Below are positions 48,545 to 56,738 of a DNA stretch of 64,000 bases, piece by piece; the first letter of the stretch is position 1; every line of letters begins with the position of its first letter. This stretch comes from an uncultured Eubacteriales bacterium (GTDB taxonomy: Bacteria; Acidobacteriota; Aminicenantia; Aminicenantales; Saccharicenantaceae). The stretch is from the NCBI GenBank assembly GCA_964551995.1, contig CAZKFD010000004.1:45762-109761 (forward strand), in the 5' to 3' direction. Made by a program: the position numbers and the translations under genes. The notes below the pieces were generated by a model. That model did not search any database. It had not been told where the DNA came from and was given only the letters and a program-made list of their open reading frames with translations.

Positions 48545-50025
48545 AGCGCTTTCCCCCGTGGCTCCCGCTCTCAGCCGTTCTCGTTTCGTCGGCCGTTGCC
48601 CTGGCGTCCACGGGCGCGTCGGCGGCCTCCGCCCAGGAAAGGTTCCGGAGGACGCCTCCTCTCCCCGATGCCTTCGAAGAGCTCCAGCTTCCGGCGATCG
48701 AAACCATCTCCTTGTCCAACGGACTCCGCGTCGCTGTCACCCGCCGTCCCGGCTCTCCTCTGCTCACGCTCCAGGTTGTGATTTCGGCCGGAGAAGTCGA
48801 TTCTCCGGCCAACCTGCCGGGGTTGGCGACCCTGACGGCGAGGATGATGGGCCGCGGGGGCCGGACATACTCCGCCGACGACATGGAAAACATGGTGGAA
48901 TCCATCGGCGGAGACTTCTCGGCGAAGGTTTCCATGGACTATACGGTCCTGACGCTCCATCTTCCAGACGAGTTTATGGACAGGGGCCTCCAACTCCTGA
49001 AATTGATGGTCCTCGAGCCGGATTTCCCCGAACTGGAGTTCCGGACCGTCAAACGGATCTATTATTATGAGCTCCAGGACAAGAAGAAAGACCCGGAATT
49101 CACGGGGCTCCGCGAGCTCCTGCGCATCCTTTTCGAGGGCCATCCCTATCAGACGGGCACTTACAACGAGGACGTCCTCAAGTCCATCACGACCAAGGAC
49201 CTGGCTGCATTCTATCGGCGTTTCTACGTGCCGAACAACTCCGTCCTGATCGTCTCCGGGGATATCGACGCGGCGTCGGCGGCCCTGAAAATCAGCCAAT
49301 ATTTCAATATCTGGGTCAGTCGGGACGTGGAGAGGCCCGTCCTGACGGCCCCGGACCTCCACTCCAAGCAGAGGGTTTGTTTCATCGATCACCCCGTTTC
49401 CCGGGAGGTGGTGATCTTCGTCGGGAACCTGGTCATGCCGCCCCGGGCCCCCGATTGTTATCCGTTTCTCGTCCTCAACCAGATCCTGGGCGGGACCACG
49501 GGAAGCCGGCTCTTCATGGACCTCCGGGAATCGAAGGGCTATGCTTACCGGGCCTTCAGCGGGACGGAGTTTTTCCGGGTCTGCGGGGTCTGCTGGGCCA
49601 AGGCGTGGGTGCCCATCGATAAGATCTACTTATCCGTCCAGGAGATTATGAAGATCCTCAACGACCTTTCTTCGGCCAAGGTCGAGCCGGCCGAGGTCGA
49701 GGAGGCCAAGTCGTATCTGATCGGGAACCTCCCGCTGCAGTTCGGAACGTTGGAGGGCTACGCCGCGCGGCTCGCCCAGGTCATGGCCCTTGGCCTCGGC
49801 GACGCCTTCTGGAACAAGACGACCGACAATCTCATGCTCGTCAACGCCGACGGAGTCCTCCAGGCTGCCCAGAAATACTTCCCCCACCCGCCGGTGGTCG
49901 TCATCGTCGGCAACAGGCAGTGGATCGGCGAGGCCCTCAGGGATTTTCCCGAGGTGGAGATCTACGACAGTTCGGGGGTTTTCAAGATGATCCTGCGCAA
50001 AGGAGCCGAACATGAAGCTCGTTGA
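48541..50025 (+). CDS. M16B peptidase partner (non-catalytic R/Y subunit), exported
   Basis: LSNGLRV, GLATLTA.MM, HPY, YVPNNS.L.VSGD, SRLFMDLRESKGYAY. Confidence 0.85.
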   Translation: MKRFPPWLPLSAVLVSSAVALASTGASAASAQERFRRTPPLPDAFEELQLPAIETISLSNGLRVAVTRRPGSPLLTLQVVISAGEVDSPANLPGLATLTARMMGRGGRTYSADDMENMVESIGGDFSAKVSMDYTVLTLHLPDEFMDRGLQLLKLMVLEPDFPELEFRTVKRIYYYELQDKKKDPEFTGLRELLRILFEGHPYQTGTYNEDVLKSITTKDLAAFYRRFYVPNNSVLIVSGDIDAASAALKISQYFNIWVSRDVERPVLTAPDLHSKQRVCFIDHPVSREVVIFVGNLVMPPRAPDCYPFLVLNQILGGTTGSRLFMDLRESKGYAYRAFSGTEFFRVCGVCWAKAWVPIDKIYLSVQEIMKILNDLSSAKVEPAEVEEAKSYLIGNLPLQFGTLEGYAARLAQVMALGLGDAFWNKTTDNLMLVNADGVLQAAQKYFPHPPVVVIVGNRQWIGEALRDFPEVEIYDSSGVFKMILRKGAEHEAR

Positions 50026-51694
50026 GTGTGTCCCGAATTTCAGTGAAGGCCGCGACCGGGACAAGATCCGGTCGATCACCCGGGAGATCGAAGCCGTTCC
50101 TCAGGTCAAACTTCTGGACGTGGACCCGGGTGAGTCCACGAACCGGACGGTCGTCACCTTCATCGGCCCGCCCGAGGCCGTGGCCGAGGCAGCGTTCCGG
50201 TCGATCGCCAAGGCCGCAGAGGTCATCGACATGCGGCACCACAGAGGCGCGCATGCCCGGCTGGGCGCCACGGACGTCTGCCCTTTCGTGCCGGTTTCGG
50301 GCGTGACCATGGAGGACTGCGTGCGGATGGCACACGAGCTCGGGGCCCGCGTGGCCGGCGAACTTGGGATCCCCGTCTACCTGTATGAGGCGGCGGCCCG
50401 GAAGCCGGAAAGAAAGAATTTGGCGACGATCCGGGCCGGTGAATACGAAAGGCTTCCCGAGAAGCTCAAGAATGCAGCCTGGGCCCCCGACTACGGCGAG
50501 CCCGTCTTCAACGCGCGGTCGGGTGCCACGGTCATCGGGGCGCGGGAGTTCCTCATCGCCTATAATATCAACCTCAACACCCGGGACCGGAGGCTCGCGC
50601 ATGAGATCGCGCTCGCCCTGCGGGAGAGCGGGCGGGTGAAACGGGACAAGAACGGCGACATCGTCAGGGACGCGAAGGGGCGGGCGGTTAAGCTCCCGGG
50701 AAAGTTCAAAGAGGTGAGGGCCGTCGGCTGGTACATAGAGGATTACGGCCGGGCCCAGATTTCCGTCAATTTCATCAACTACAAGATCTCGCCGCCCCAC
50801 AGGGTCTTCGACGAGGCCTGCCGGCTGGCGGACAAGCTCGGCCTTCGCGTGACGGGCAGCGAGCTGGTCGGCCTCATCCCGAAAGAGGCCCTCCTGATGG
50901 CCGGCCGCCACTATCTTGAGAAGCAGGGCAAGAGCGCCGGGGTTCCCGAAGACGAGCTTGTCCGGACGGCCGTCGTTTCGCTCGGCCTCAGCGATGTCGT
51001 GCCCTTCGACCCGGACAAGAAGATCATCGAGAACCAGTTCCGGGAAAAGGGCAAGAGCCTGGCCGCGCTGAGCGTCCGGCAGTTTGCCGACGTGCTGTCC
51101 ATGGATTCTCCGACCCCGGGCGGCGGCAGCGCCGCCGCCCTCTGCGGCGCCCTGGCCGCCGCCCTGGACTCGATGGTAGCGAACCTGACAGTCGGAAAGA
51201 AGGGCTATGAGGAGGCGGAGGCGGAGATGAGGGCGACCGCCGTCCGGGCCCAGGGTGTCAAGGACACGCTGGTCGAGGCCATCGACCGAGACTCTGCAGC
51301 GTTCGACAAGGTCATGGAGGCCGTCCGTCTTCCGAAGTCCACGCCCGACCAGGCCCGGGAAAAAGAGGAGGCGCTCGAAGAGGCGACGAAGGAAGCGACG
51401 CTCGTCCCGCTCGGCGTCCTGGAGAGATCTTTGGAGGCCGTGAAGCTATCGAAGGCCGTTTCGGCCCGCGGCTACATGAGCTCGCTCAGCGATGCCGGGG
51501 CTGCCGGCCTCCTCGGATGGTCGGCGGGCGGGGCCGCTTACTACAACGTGCTGATCAACCTGCCCGGCATCCGGGACGCGGGCTTCAAAGCGCAGGTCCG
51601 CAGACGCGCCGAAAAGCTCCATGCGGAGCTTGAGCGCGGCGCCGAGTCCGTGAGAAAGACGATTCGACGCCGGCTCGCCAAGCCCGCCGCCTGA
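50012..51694 (+). CDS. ftcd: Bifunctional glutamate formiminotransferase/formiminotetrahydrofolate cyclodeaminase
   Basis: LVECVPNFSEGR, NRTVVT, H.RLGATDVCPFVP, GAREFLIAYNINL, GSELVGL, SPTPGGGS, NVLINL. Confidence 0.93.
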   Translation: MKLVECVPNFSEGRDRDKIRSITREIEAVPQVKLLDVDPGESTNRTVVTFIGPPEAVAEAAFRSIAKAAEVIDMRHHRGAHARLGATDVCPFVPVSGVTMEDCVRMAHELGARVAGELGIPVYLYEAAARKPERKNLATIRAGEYERLPEKLKNAAWAPDYGEPVFNARSGATVIGAREFLIAYNINLNTRDRRLAHEIALALRESGRVKRDKNGDIVRDAKGRAVKLPGKFKEVRAVGWYIEDYGRAQISVNFINYKISPPHRVFDEACRLADKLGLRVTGSELVGLIPKEALLMAGRHYLEKQGKSAGVPEDELVRTAVVSLGLSDVVPFDPDKKIIENQFREKGKSLAALSVRQFADVLSMDSPTPGGGSAAALCGALAAALDSMVANLTVGKKGYEEAEAEMRATAVRAQGVKDTLVEAIDRDSAAFDKVMEAVRLPKSTPDQAREKEEALEEATKEATLVPLGVLERSLEAVKLSKAVSARGYMSSLSDAGAAGLLGWSAGGAAYYNVLINLPGIRDAGFKAQVRRRAEKLHAELERGAESVRKTIRRRLAKPAA

Positions 51695-51695
51695 G

Positions 51696-51713
51696 GGAGC
51701 CGCGGGCGGCTCC
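51696..51713. terminator. Hairpin between convergent ftcd and znuB (GGAGCCG-CGGG-CGGCTCC)
   Basis: 7-bp perfect stem; no U-tract. Confidence 0.3.
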
Positions 51714-51721
51714 GGCGCCTC

Positions 51722-52537
51722 TCAGTGGGCGGGGAACAGCCGTCTTTTCTTGGTCAGAGAAAAAATCCCGAAGATGAGGAAGCAGAGAAGGACGATCGCC
51801 GCCGAAGCCGGGATGTTCAGGGCGAGGGAAACGACCAACCCGGCGACTACGGAGACCAGGGCGACGAGCGACGAGAGGAAGACGGCCATGCGGAAGCTCG
51901 AGGCCAGCTGAAGTCCGGCCGCGGCCGGGATGACGATGAGCGCCGCCACCAGGAGGATCCCCGCGACCTTCATGCCGAGGACCACCGTCACTGCCGTTAA
52001 CGCCATTAGGAGCCCGTCCAGGCGGCCGATCTTCACCCCCGAGACACGCGCCGATTCGCGGTCGAAGGTCATGAACAGCAGCTGGGCGTAAAAGAGGACC
52101 ACGGTCAGAAGGACAGCGGCGGCCAAGCCGACGGACAGCCAGACCTCGAACGTGTCGATGGCCAGGACGTCGCCAAAAAGGTACCCCATGAGATCGACGC
52201 TGAAACTTCCGGCGAGCGTCGCCAGCAGGATCCCCAACGCGAGGCCGAGACTCGAGAAGATCCCTATGGCCGTGTCCCCATAGAGACCGGCGCGGTCCTT
52301 GAGCCGCATGATGCCGAAGGCCGCAGCCACAGAGACCGCCAAGGCCGCCGCCAGAGGGAGGACGTTCAGGAAGAGGCCCAGGGCGACCCCGGCGAAAGCC
52401 AGATGAGAGAGGCCGTGACCGATCATGGCGTCCTTTCGCAGGATCAGAAAGACCCCGAGAACGGCGCAGGCGGCGGCGATGAAGATCCCTGCAAGGAGGG
52501 CCCTCTGCAGGAAACCGTAGTGAAGGAGCGCCCCCAT
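51722..52537 (-). CDS. znuB: Zn/Mn ABC transporter permease
   Basis: ABC-3 family: F.QRALLAG, GLSH.AF.G, YLFGD, G..LV.AL..IP. Confidence 0.9.
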   Translation of the reverse strand: MGALLHYGFLQRALLAGIFIAAACAVLGVFLILRKDAMIGHGLSHLAFAGVALGLFLNVLPLAAALAVSVAAAFGIMRLKDRAGLYGDTAIGIFSSLGLALGILLATLAGSFSVDLMGYLFGDVLAIDTFEVWLSVGLAAAVLLTVVLFYAQLLFMTFDRESARVSGVKIGRLDGLLMALTAVTVVLGMKVAGILLVAALIVIPAAAGLQLASSFRMAVFLSSLVALVSVVAGLVVSLALNIPASAAIVLLCFLIFGIFSLTKKRRLFPAH

Positions 52538-52549
52538 GACCCCCGTCCT

Positions 52550-53293
52550 TCAGTGCTCGTGTGCGATCAGATGGTCACCCCGCGTGACCATATCCCGGAA
52601 GACCTCGGACCGGCAGAATTCCGCGTGGCTCCCGTGATAGACCATCCGCTGGTTCAGGCAGGCCACTTGCGTCACGTGCCTGTTGACGATCCCGATGTCG
52701 TGGGTGATCAGGACGATGGTGATGCCCCCCTCATTGTTGAGGCGGTCGAGCATATCATAGAAACGGCCCTGGGTATCGGCGTCGACGCCCGTTGTCGGCT
52801 CGTCGAGGATCAGCACCCGGGGCTCCGTCACCAGGGCCCTGGCGATGAAGACCCTCTGTTGCTGGCCTCCCGAGAGTTTGCCGATCTGCCAGCCCTTGTA
52901 GGGTTCCATGCCGACAAGGCGCAAGGCGCGCTGGACGGCCCCGGATGCCCGGCTGCGGGCGGGCCTGAGGATCTCCCGGTTCGAGAGCAGGGCCATCCCC
53001 ACGACCTCCTCGACCGAGGCCGGAAAAAAGGGATCAATGTGCGTGACCTTCTGCGGCACGTACCCGATCAGCCGCCATTCTCGGAACTCCGCGATGGGTT
53101 TCCCCATGATCTCGACGCTCCCGCCCGACGGCTGGAGCAGCCCTAGGAGGATCTTTATGAGTGTCGTCTTGCCCGAGCCGTTGGGCCCGATGATGGCCAG
53201 AAAGTCCCCCTCCGAGATCGTCAGGCTGACGTCCAACAGAACAGGAGTCTCGTCATACCTGAAGGTGACGCCGCGCGCCGCGATCAGTTTCAT
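52550..53293 (-). CDS. znuC: Zn/Mn ABC transporter ATPase
   Basis: GPNGSGKTT, IGYVPQ, LSGGQQQR, LDEPT, His-rich tail. Confidence 0.9.
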   Translation of the reverse strand: MKLIAARGVTFRYDETPVLLDVSLTISEGDFLAIIGPNGSGKTTLIKILLGLLQPSGGSVEIMGKPIAEFREWRLIGYVPQKVTHIDPFFPASVEEVVGMALLSNREILRPARSRASGAVQRALRLVGMEPYKGWQIGKLSGGQQQRVFIARALVTEPRVLILDEPTTGVDADTQGRFYDMLDRLNNEGGITIVLITHDIGIVNRHVTQVACLNQRMVYHGSHAEFCRSEVFRDMVTRGDHLIAHEH

Positions 53294-53297
53294 CGCT

Positions 53298-54218
53298 TCA
53301 CCGGCACCCCAAGCCGTCTCGGAGGCTTTTCAGGTTTTCTTCCATCAGACCCAAAAACGTGACGCCCCGCCGGATCTCGTCGCGCGTCAGGTTATGGCCG
53401 GCGGACAGGACGAGGACCCGCCCTTGGATCTCGGCCGCCAGCGTCGCGGCCAGGTCCGGCGAGATCGAGTTTTCATAGAAGACGGTCCGGATGCCCGCCC
53501 GGCGGCACTCGTCGATGATCTTCATCACCTGTCCGGGCGTGGGCTGGGAGTCGGGACTTATGCCGTAGAGCGCGGTTTGCACGAGGCCGTACCTTCTGGC
53601 CAGATAGCCGAAAGCGGCGTGTCCGGCAATGATGATCTGCCGTCCGGCGCAGTCCTTCAGGCCTTCCCGGAAACGGGCGTCCATCCGCCCGAGACGATCC
53701 TCGTATCTCTCCGCGTTCGCCCGGAAATAGCCGGCGCTGCTGAGGTCGAGGGCGGACAGGGCCTGGACGATGCGGTCGATGATCGTCCGGTCGATCTCGA
53801 AGTCGAGCCAGACGTGCGGGTCCCGCGGCCTGCGGCGGTGCCCGGCACCCGCCTCCCCCTCCGCTCCCCCGGGAGCCGGGAGCAAGGCGAGGCCCGCGCT
53901 GATCTCAAGCGATCGGACCCTGCCTGGAGGCACGGCTCGCAGGAGATCGTCGAGCCAGGGTTCCAGGCCCGAGCCGACCGAGATGAATAGGTCCGAGGAG
54001 GCCAGCCTCACGATGTCGGACGGACGCGGCTGCCAGGTGTGCACTCCCGCACCGGGCGGGAGGAGCAGAGAGACGTCCGCGCGGTCGCCGGCCACGGCTG
54101 CAGCGAATTCCTGAAGAGGGAATATGCTCGTGAGAACCCTGATCTTCGCCTGACCGGGCGCGGGAGCCGCGAGGAATGAAAGCAGGACGAAAACGGACGC
54201 CGCGCGGAGATTTTTCAT
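53298..54218 (-). CDS. znuA: Zn/Mn ABC transporter substrate-binding protein
   Basis: Signal peptide; HTWQP, DPHVWLD, HAAFGYL; TATAAT 15 nt upstream of ATG 54218. Confidence 0.88.
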   Translation of the reverse strand: MKNLRAASVFVLLSFLAAPAPGQAKIRVLTSIFPLQEFAAAVAGDRADVSLLLPPGAGVHTWQPRPSDIVRLASSDLFISVGSGLEPWLDDLLRAVPPGRVRSLEISAGLALLPAPGGAEGEAGAGHRRRPRDPHVWLDFEIDRTIIDRIVQALSALDLSSAGYFRANAERYEDRLGRMDARFREGLKDCAGRQIIIAGHAAFGYLARRYGLVQTALYGISPDSQPTPGQVMKIIDECRRAGIRTVFYENSISPDLAATLAAEIQGRVLVLSAGHNLTRDEIRRGVTFLGLMEENLKSLRDGLGCR

Positions 54219-54317
54219 CGAAGTCGGCATCTCATTATACGCGAAGACGCGGCCTTGAATCCAACCGAATTTTATGGCATGATTCCCGCCGGAAATATCA
54301 GCCCAAGGAGAAAGAGC

Positions 54318-55772
54318 ATGGCCTCGTCACTGACGGAACTCCGCCCTTCGCATCTCTGGACGCATTTCGCCAAGATCCTGACCATCCCGCGCTGTTCGGG
54401 AAGCGAGAAGCTGGTCGGCGATTATGTCGTCTCTGTCGCCCGGGGTCTGGGTCTGGCGGTCCAGAAGGACGCCGTCGGCAACGTCCTCGCGAGCAAGCCC
54501 GCGACCGCCGGCCACGAGAGCGCCGCCGGGGTCATCCTGCAGGGGCACCTGGATATGGTCTGCGAGAAGAACTCGGACGTCGTCCATGATTTTTCCAAGG
54601 ATCCTCTCGCCGCCGACATCAAGGGGGATTGGGTCCAGGCCCGGGGGACGACCCTCGGGGCCGACAACGGCATCGGCGTCTCGGCAGGCCTGGCGGTCAT
54701 GGAGGATTCCTCGCTTATCCACGGACCCCTGGAATTCCTCTTCACTGTGGACGAGGAAACCGGGCTGACCGGCGCCAACAGGTTCCGCAAGGGGATCCTC
54801 AAGGGGTCTCGGCTCATCAATCTGGACAGCGAGGAGGAGGGGACGTTCACCATCGGCTGCGCGGGCGGCGCCGATTCGGAAATCTCCTTCCCGACGTCCC
54901 GCAAAAAAGCGCTTTCGGGGACGCTCTTCCGGCTGAAGATCTCGGGGCTGCGCGGCGGCCATTCGGGTCTCGACATCAACCAGGGCTGCGCCAACGCCAT
55001 AAAGCTCGTCGCCCGGATGCTGCGGGAAGCGCGCAATTCGGCCCGCTTCGACCTCGTCGCCATGGACGGCGGGAACAAGCGGAACGCCATCCCGCGCGAG
55101 GCCTGGGCCGTCGTGGCCTGCCCCCCGGCGCAGGCGAAGGCCCTCGCCGGGCAGTTCAAGAAGTCTTTCGACCGGATCGTTCTTGAGATCAAGGCCGTCG
55201 AAAGCCAGGCGAAGTACGCCTTCGAGCCGGCTGACGGGGCCAAAGAGCGGGCCCTGACCGCCGAATGCCGGGACCGGCTGCTGGACTTCATCCTGGCCAT
55301 CCCCCATGGAGTCGTCGCCATGCACCCCGAGATCCAGGGGCTGGTTGAGACCTCCACGAACCTGGCGATCGTGCGGGCGGCCGGGGCCCGTGTCGATATC
55401 GTCTGCAGCACGCGGAGCTCGGTCGCGTCCGCCCTGGAAGCCACGCGCCTCGTCCTGCGGGCCGTGTCGGAGCTGGCGGGGGCGGCGATCGAGGTCAAGA
55501 ACGGCTATCCCGGCTGGAGGCCCAATCTGCAATCGCCCCTTCTCGCGGCCCTGAAGGCCGTCTACCTCAAGACCTTCGGCCGGAAGGCCGAAGTCGTCGC
55601 CGTCCACGCGGGCCTCGAGTGCGGGATCCTCGGGAAAAAGTACCCGGGGATCGACATGATTTCCTTCGGACCGACGATCGAGCATCCCCATTCTCCCGAC
55701 GAGCGAGTGCACATCGGGTCCGTCGAAAAATTCTGGCAGTTCCTGACCGCGGCTCTGGCCGAGTTGGTCTGA
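54318..55772 (+). CDS. pepD: Aminoacyl-histidine dipeptidase (M20C)
   Basis: [54 protein letters not shown]. Confidence 0.93.
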   Translation: MASSLTELRPSHLWTHFAKILTIPRCSGSEKLVGDYVVSVARGLGLAVQKDAVGNVLASKPATAGHESAAGVILQGHLDMVCEKNSDVVHDFSKDPLAADIKGDWVQARGTTLGADNGIGVSAGLAVMEDSSLIHGPLEFLFTVDEETGLTGANRFRKGILKGSRLINLDSEEEGTFTIGCAGGADSEISFPTSRKKALSGTLFRLKISGLRGGHSGLDINQGCANAIKLVARMLREARNSARFDLVAMDGGNKRNAIPREAWAVVACPPAQAKALAGQFKKSFDRIVLEIKAVESQAKYAFEPADGAKERALTAECRDRLLDFILAIPHGVVAMHPEIQGLVETSTNLAIVRAAGARVDIVCSTRSSVASALEATRLVLRAVSELAGAAIEVKNGYPGWRPNLQSPLLAALKAVYLKTFGRKAEVVAVHAGLECGILGKKYPGIDMISFGPTIEHPHSPDERVHIGSVEKFWQFLTAALAELV

Positions 55773-55807
55773 CCGCCGGCCCTCGCGCGAGAGGCGGCAC
55801 CCCGGAG

Positions 55808-56275
55808 ATGAACAGAAGGTCTTTCCTCGGCGCGCTCGCCGCATTGGGCGCCTTCGTCACCCGGCTGCGGGCCACGCCAACAAGGAGCGGAAAGATGAAA
55901 AAACAGGTCCAAACCGACAAGGCCCCGAAAGCTATCGGGCCCTATTCGCAAGCCATCGAGGCCGGGAGCTTCCTTTTCTGTTCCGGGCAAATCCCCATCG
56001 ACCCCGCCACGGGCAATCTCGTGCCGGGAACGATCGAAGACCAGACACGCCAGGTCCTCAAGAACCTTGGCGCCGTCCTTGAGGCGGGCGGCAGCTCCCT
56101 CGGGAACGTCGTCAAGGCCACGGTCTTCGTGCAGGACATGAACGACTTCAGCCGGATGAACGCCGTTTACGGGGAGTTTTTCAGGCCCCCGTATCCCGCC
56201 CGGGCCGCGGTCCAGGTGGCTCGGCTGCCGAGGGATGTCAAGGTCGAGATCGAGGCCATCGCCCTGGTCAAGTAG
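55808..56275 (+). CDS. ridA: RidA/YjgF-family imine deaminase with an in-frame Tat-like N-terminal extension (second start at 55895)
   Basis: [45 protein letters not shown]....VEIEAIA; upstream [14 protein letters not shown]. Confidence 0.88.
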   Translation: MNRRSFLGALAALGAFVTRLRATPTRSGKMKKQVQTDKAPKAIGPYSQAIEAGSFLFCSGQIPIDPATGNLVPGTIEDQTRQVLKNLGAVLEAGGSSLGNVVKATVFVQDMNDFSRMNAVYGEFFRPPYPARAAVQVARLPRDVKVEIEAIALVK

Positions 56276-56351
56276 CCGCCGGGCATCGATCGGAGGCGAA
56301 AAGACTTCAGGCGTTGGACCGGACCGGGACTTTCCGGTATAATGAAGGGCT

Positions 56352-56570
56352 ATGCCGATCTACGAATTCATCTGCAAGAAGTGCAGCCGGCGGTTCGAAT
56401 CCCTCGTGCCCATAGGCAAGGAGAAGGACGCGGCCTGTCCGGATTGCGGCGCCTCCGGGGCGCAGAAGATCCTGTCGTCCTTCGGGATCGGCGGCGGCTC
56501 GAGCCGCTTGAAGACTTCGTCGTCGAGCTGCACCTCGTGCTCGACAAAATCCTGCAGCACGTGCCACTGA
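56352..56570 (+). CDS. FmdB-family zinc-ribbon protein
   Basis: MPIYEFICKKC...FE...CPDCG...S.F plus a Cys-rich tail; TATAAT at 56338-56343. Confidence 0.88.
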   Translation: MPIYEFICKKCSRRFESLVPIGKEKDAACPDCGASGAQKILSSFGIGGGSSRLKTSSSSCTSCSTKSCSTCH

Positions 56571-56696
56571 TCCCGCCGGGCGGTCCGGCTTCCCCCATAT
56601 CTTTCTGACAGACGTCTTTCCGTACGGCGGCAGCCGGGATCTCTCGCCCCTTCAGCTCCTCGGGGGATCCTCTTTCTGCCTCTCCGGAAGTCCGCC

Positions 56697-56726
56697 TTGA
56701 CAATCCCGGGACAATGACGATTTAAT
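56697..56726 (+). promoter_or_regulatory. Putative promoter (TTGACA-18-TTTAAT) for the hydantoinase/oxoprolinase operon
   Basis: Perfect -35 and near-consensus -10. Confidence 0.5.
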
Positions 56727-56738
56727 AGGGGCCCGGCC

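Noticed and set aside
56352-56610. Selenocysteine read-through at the TGA of the Cys-rich FmdB protein
   Set aside because: The protein ends in a normal FmdB-like CxxC..CxxCH tail, and no convincing SECIS or conserved downstream frame is visible.
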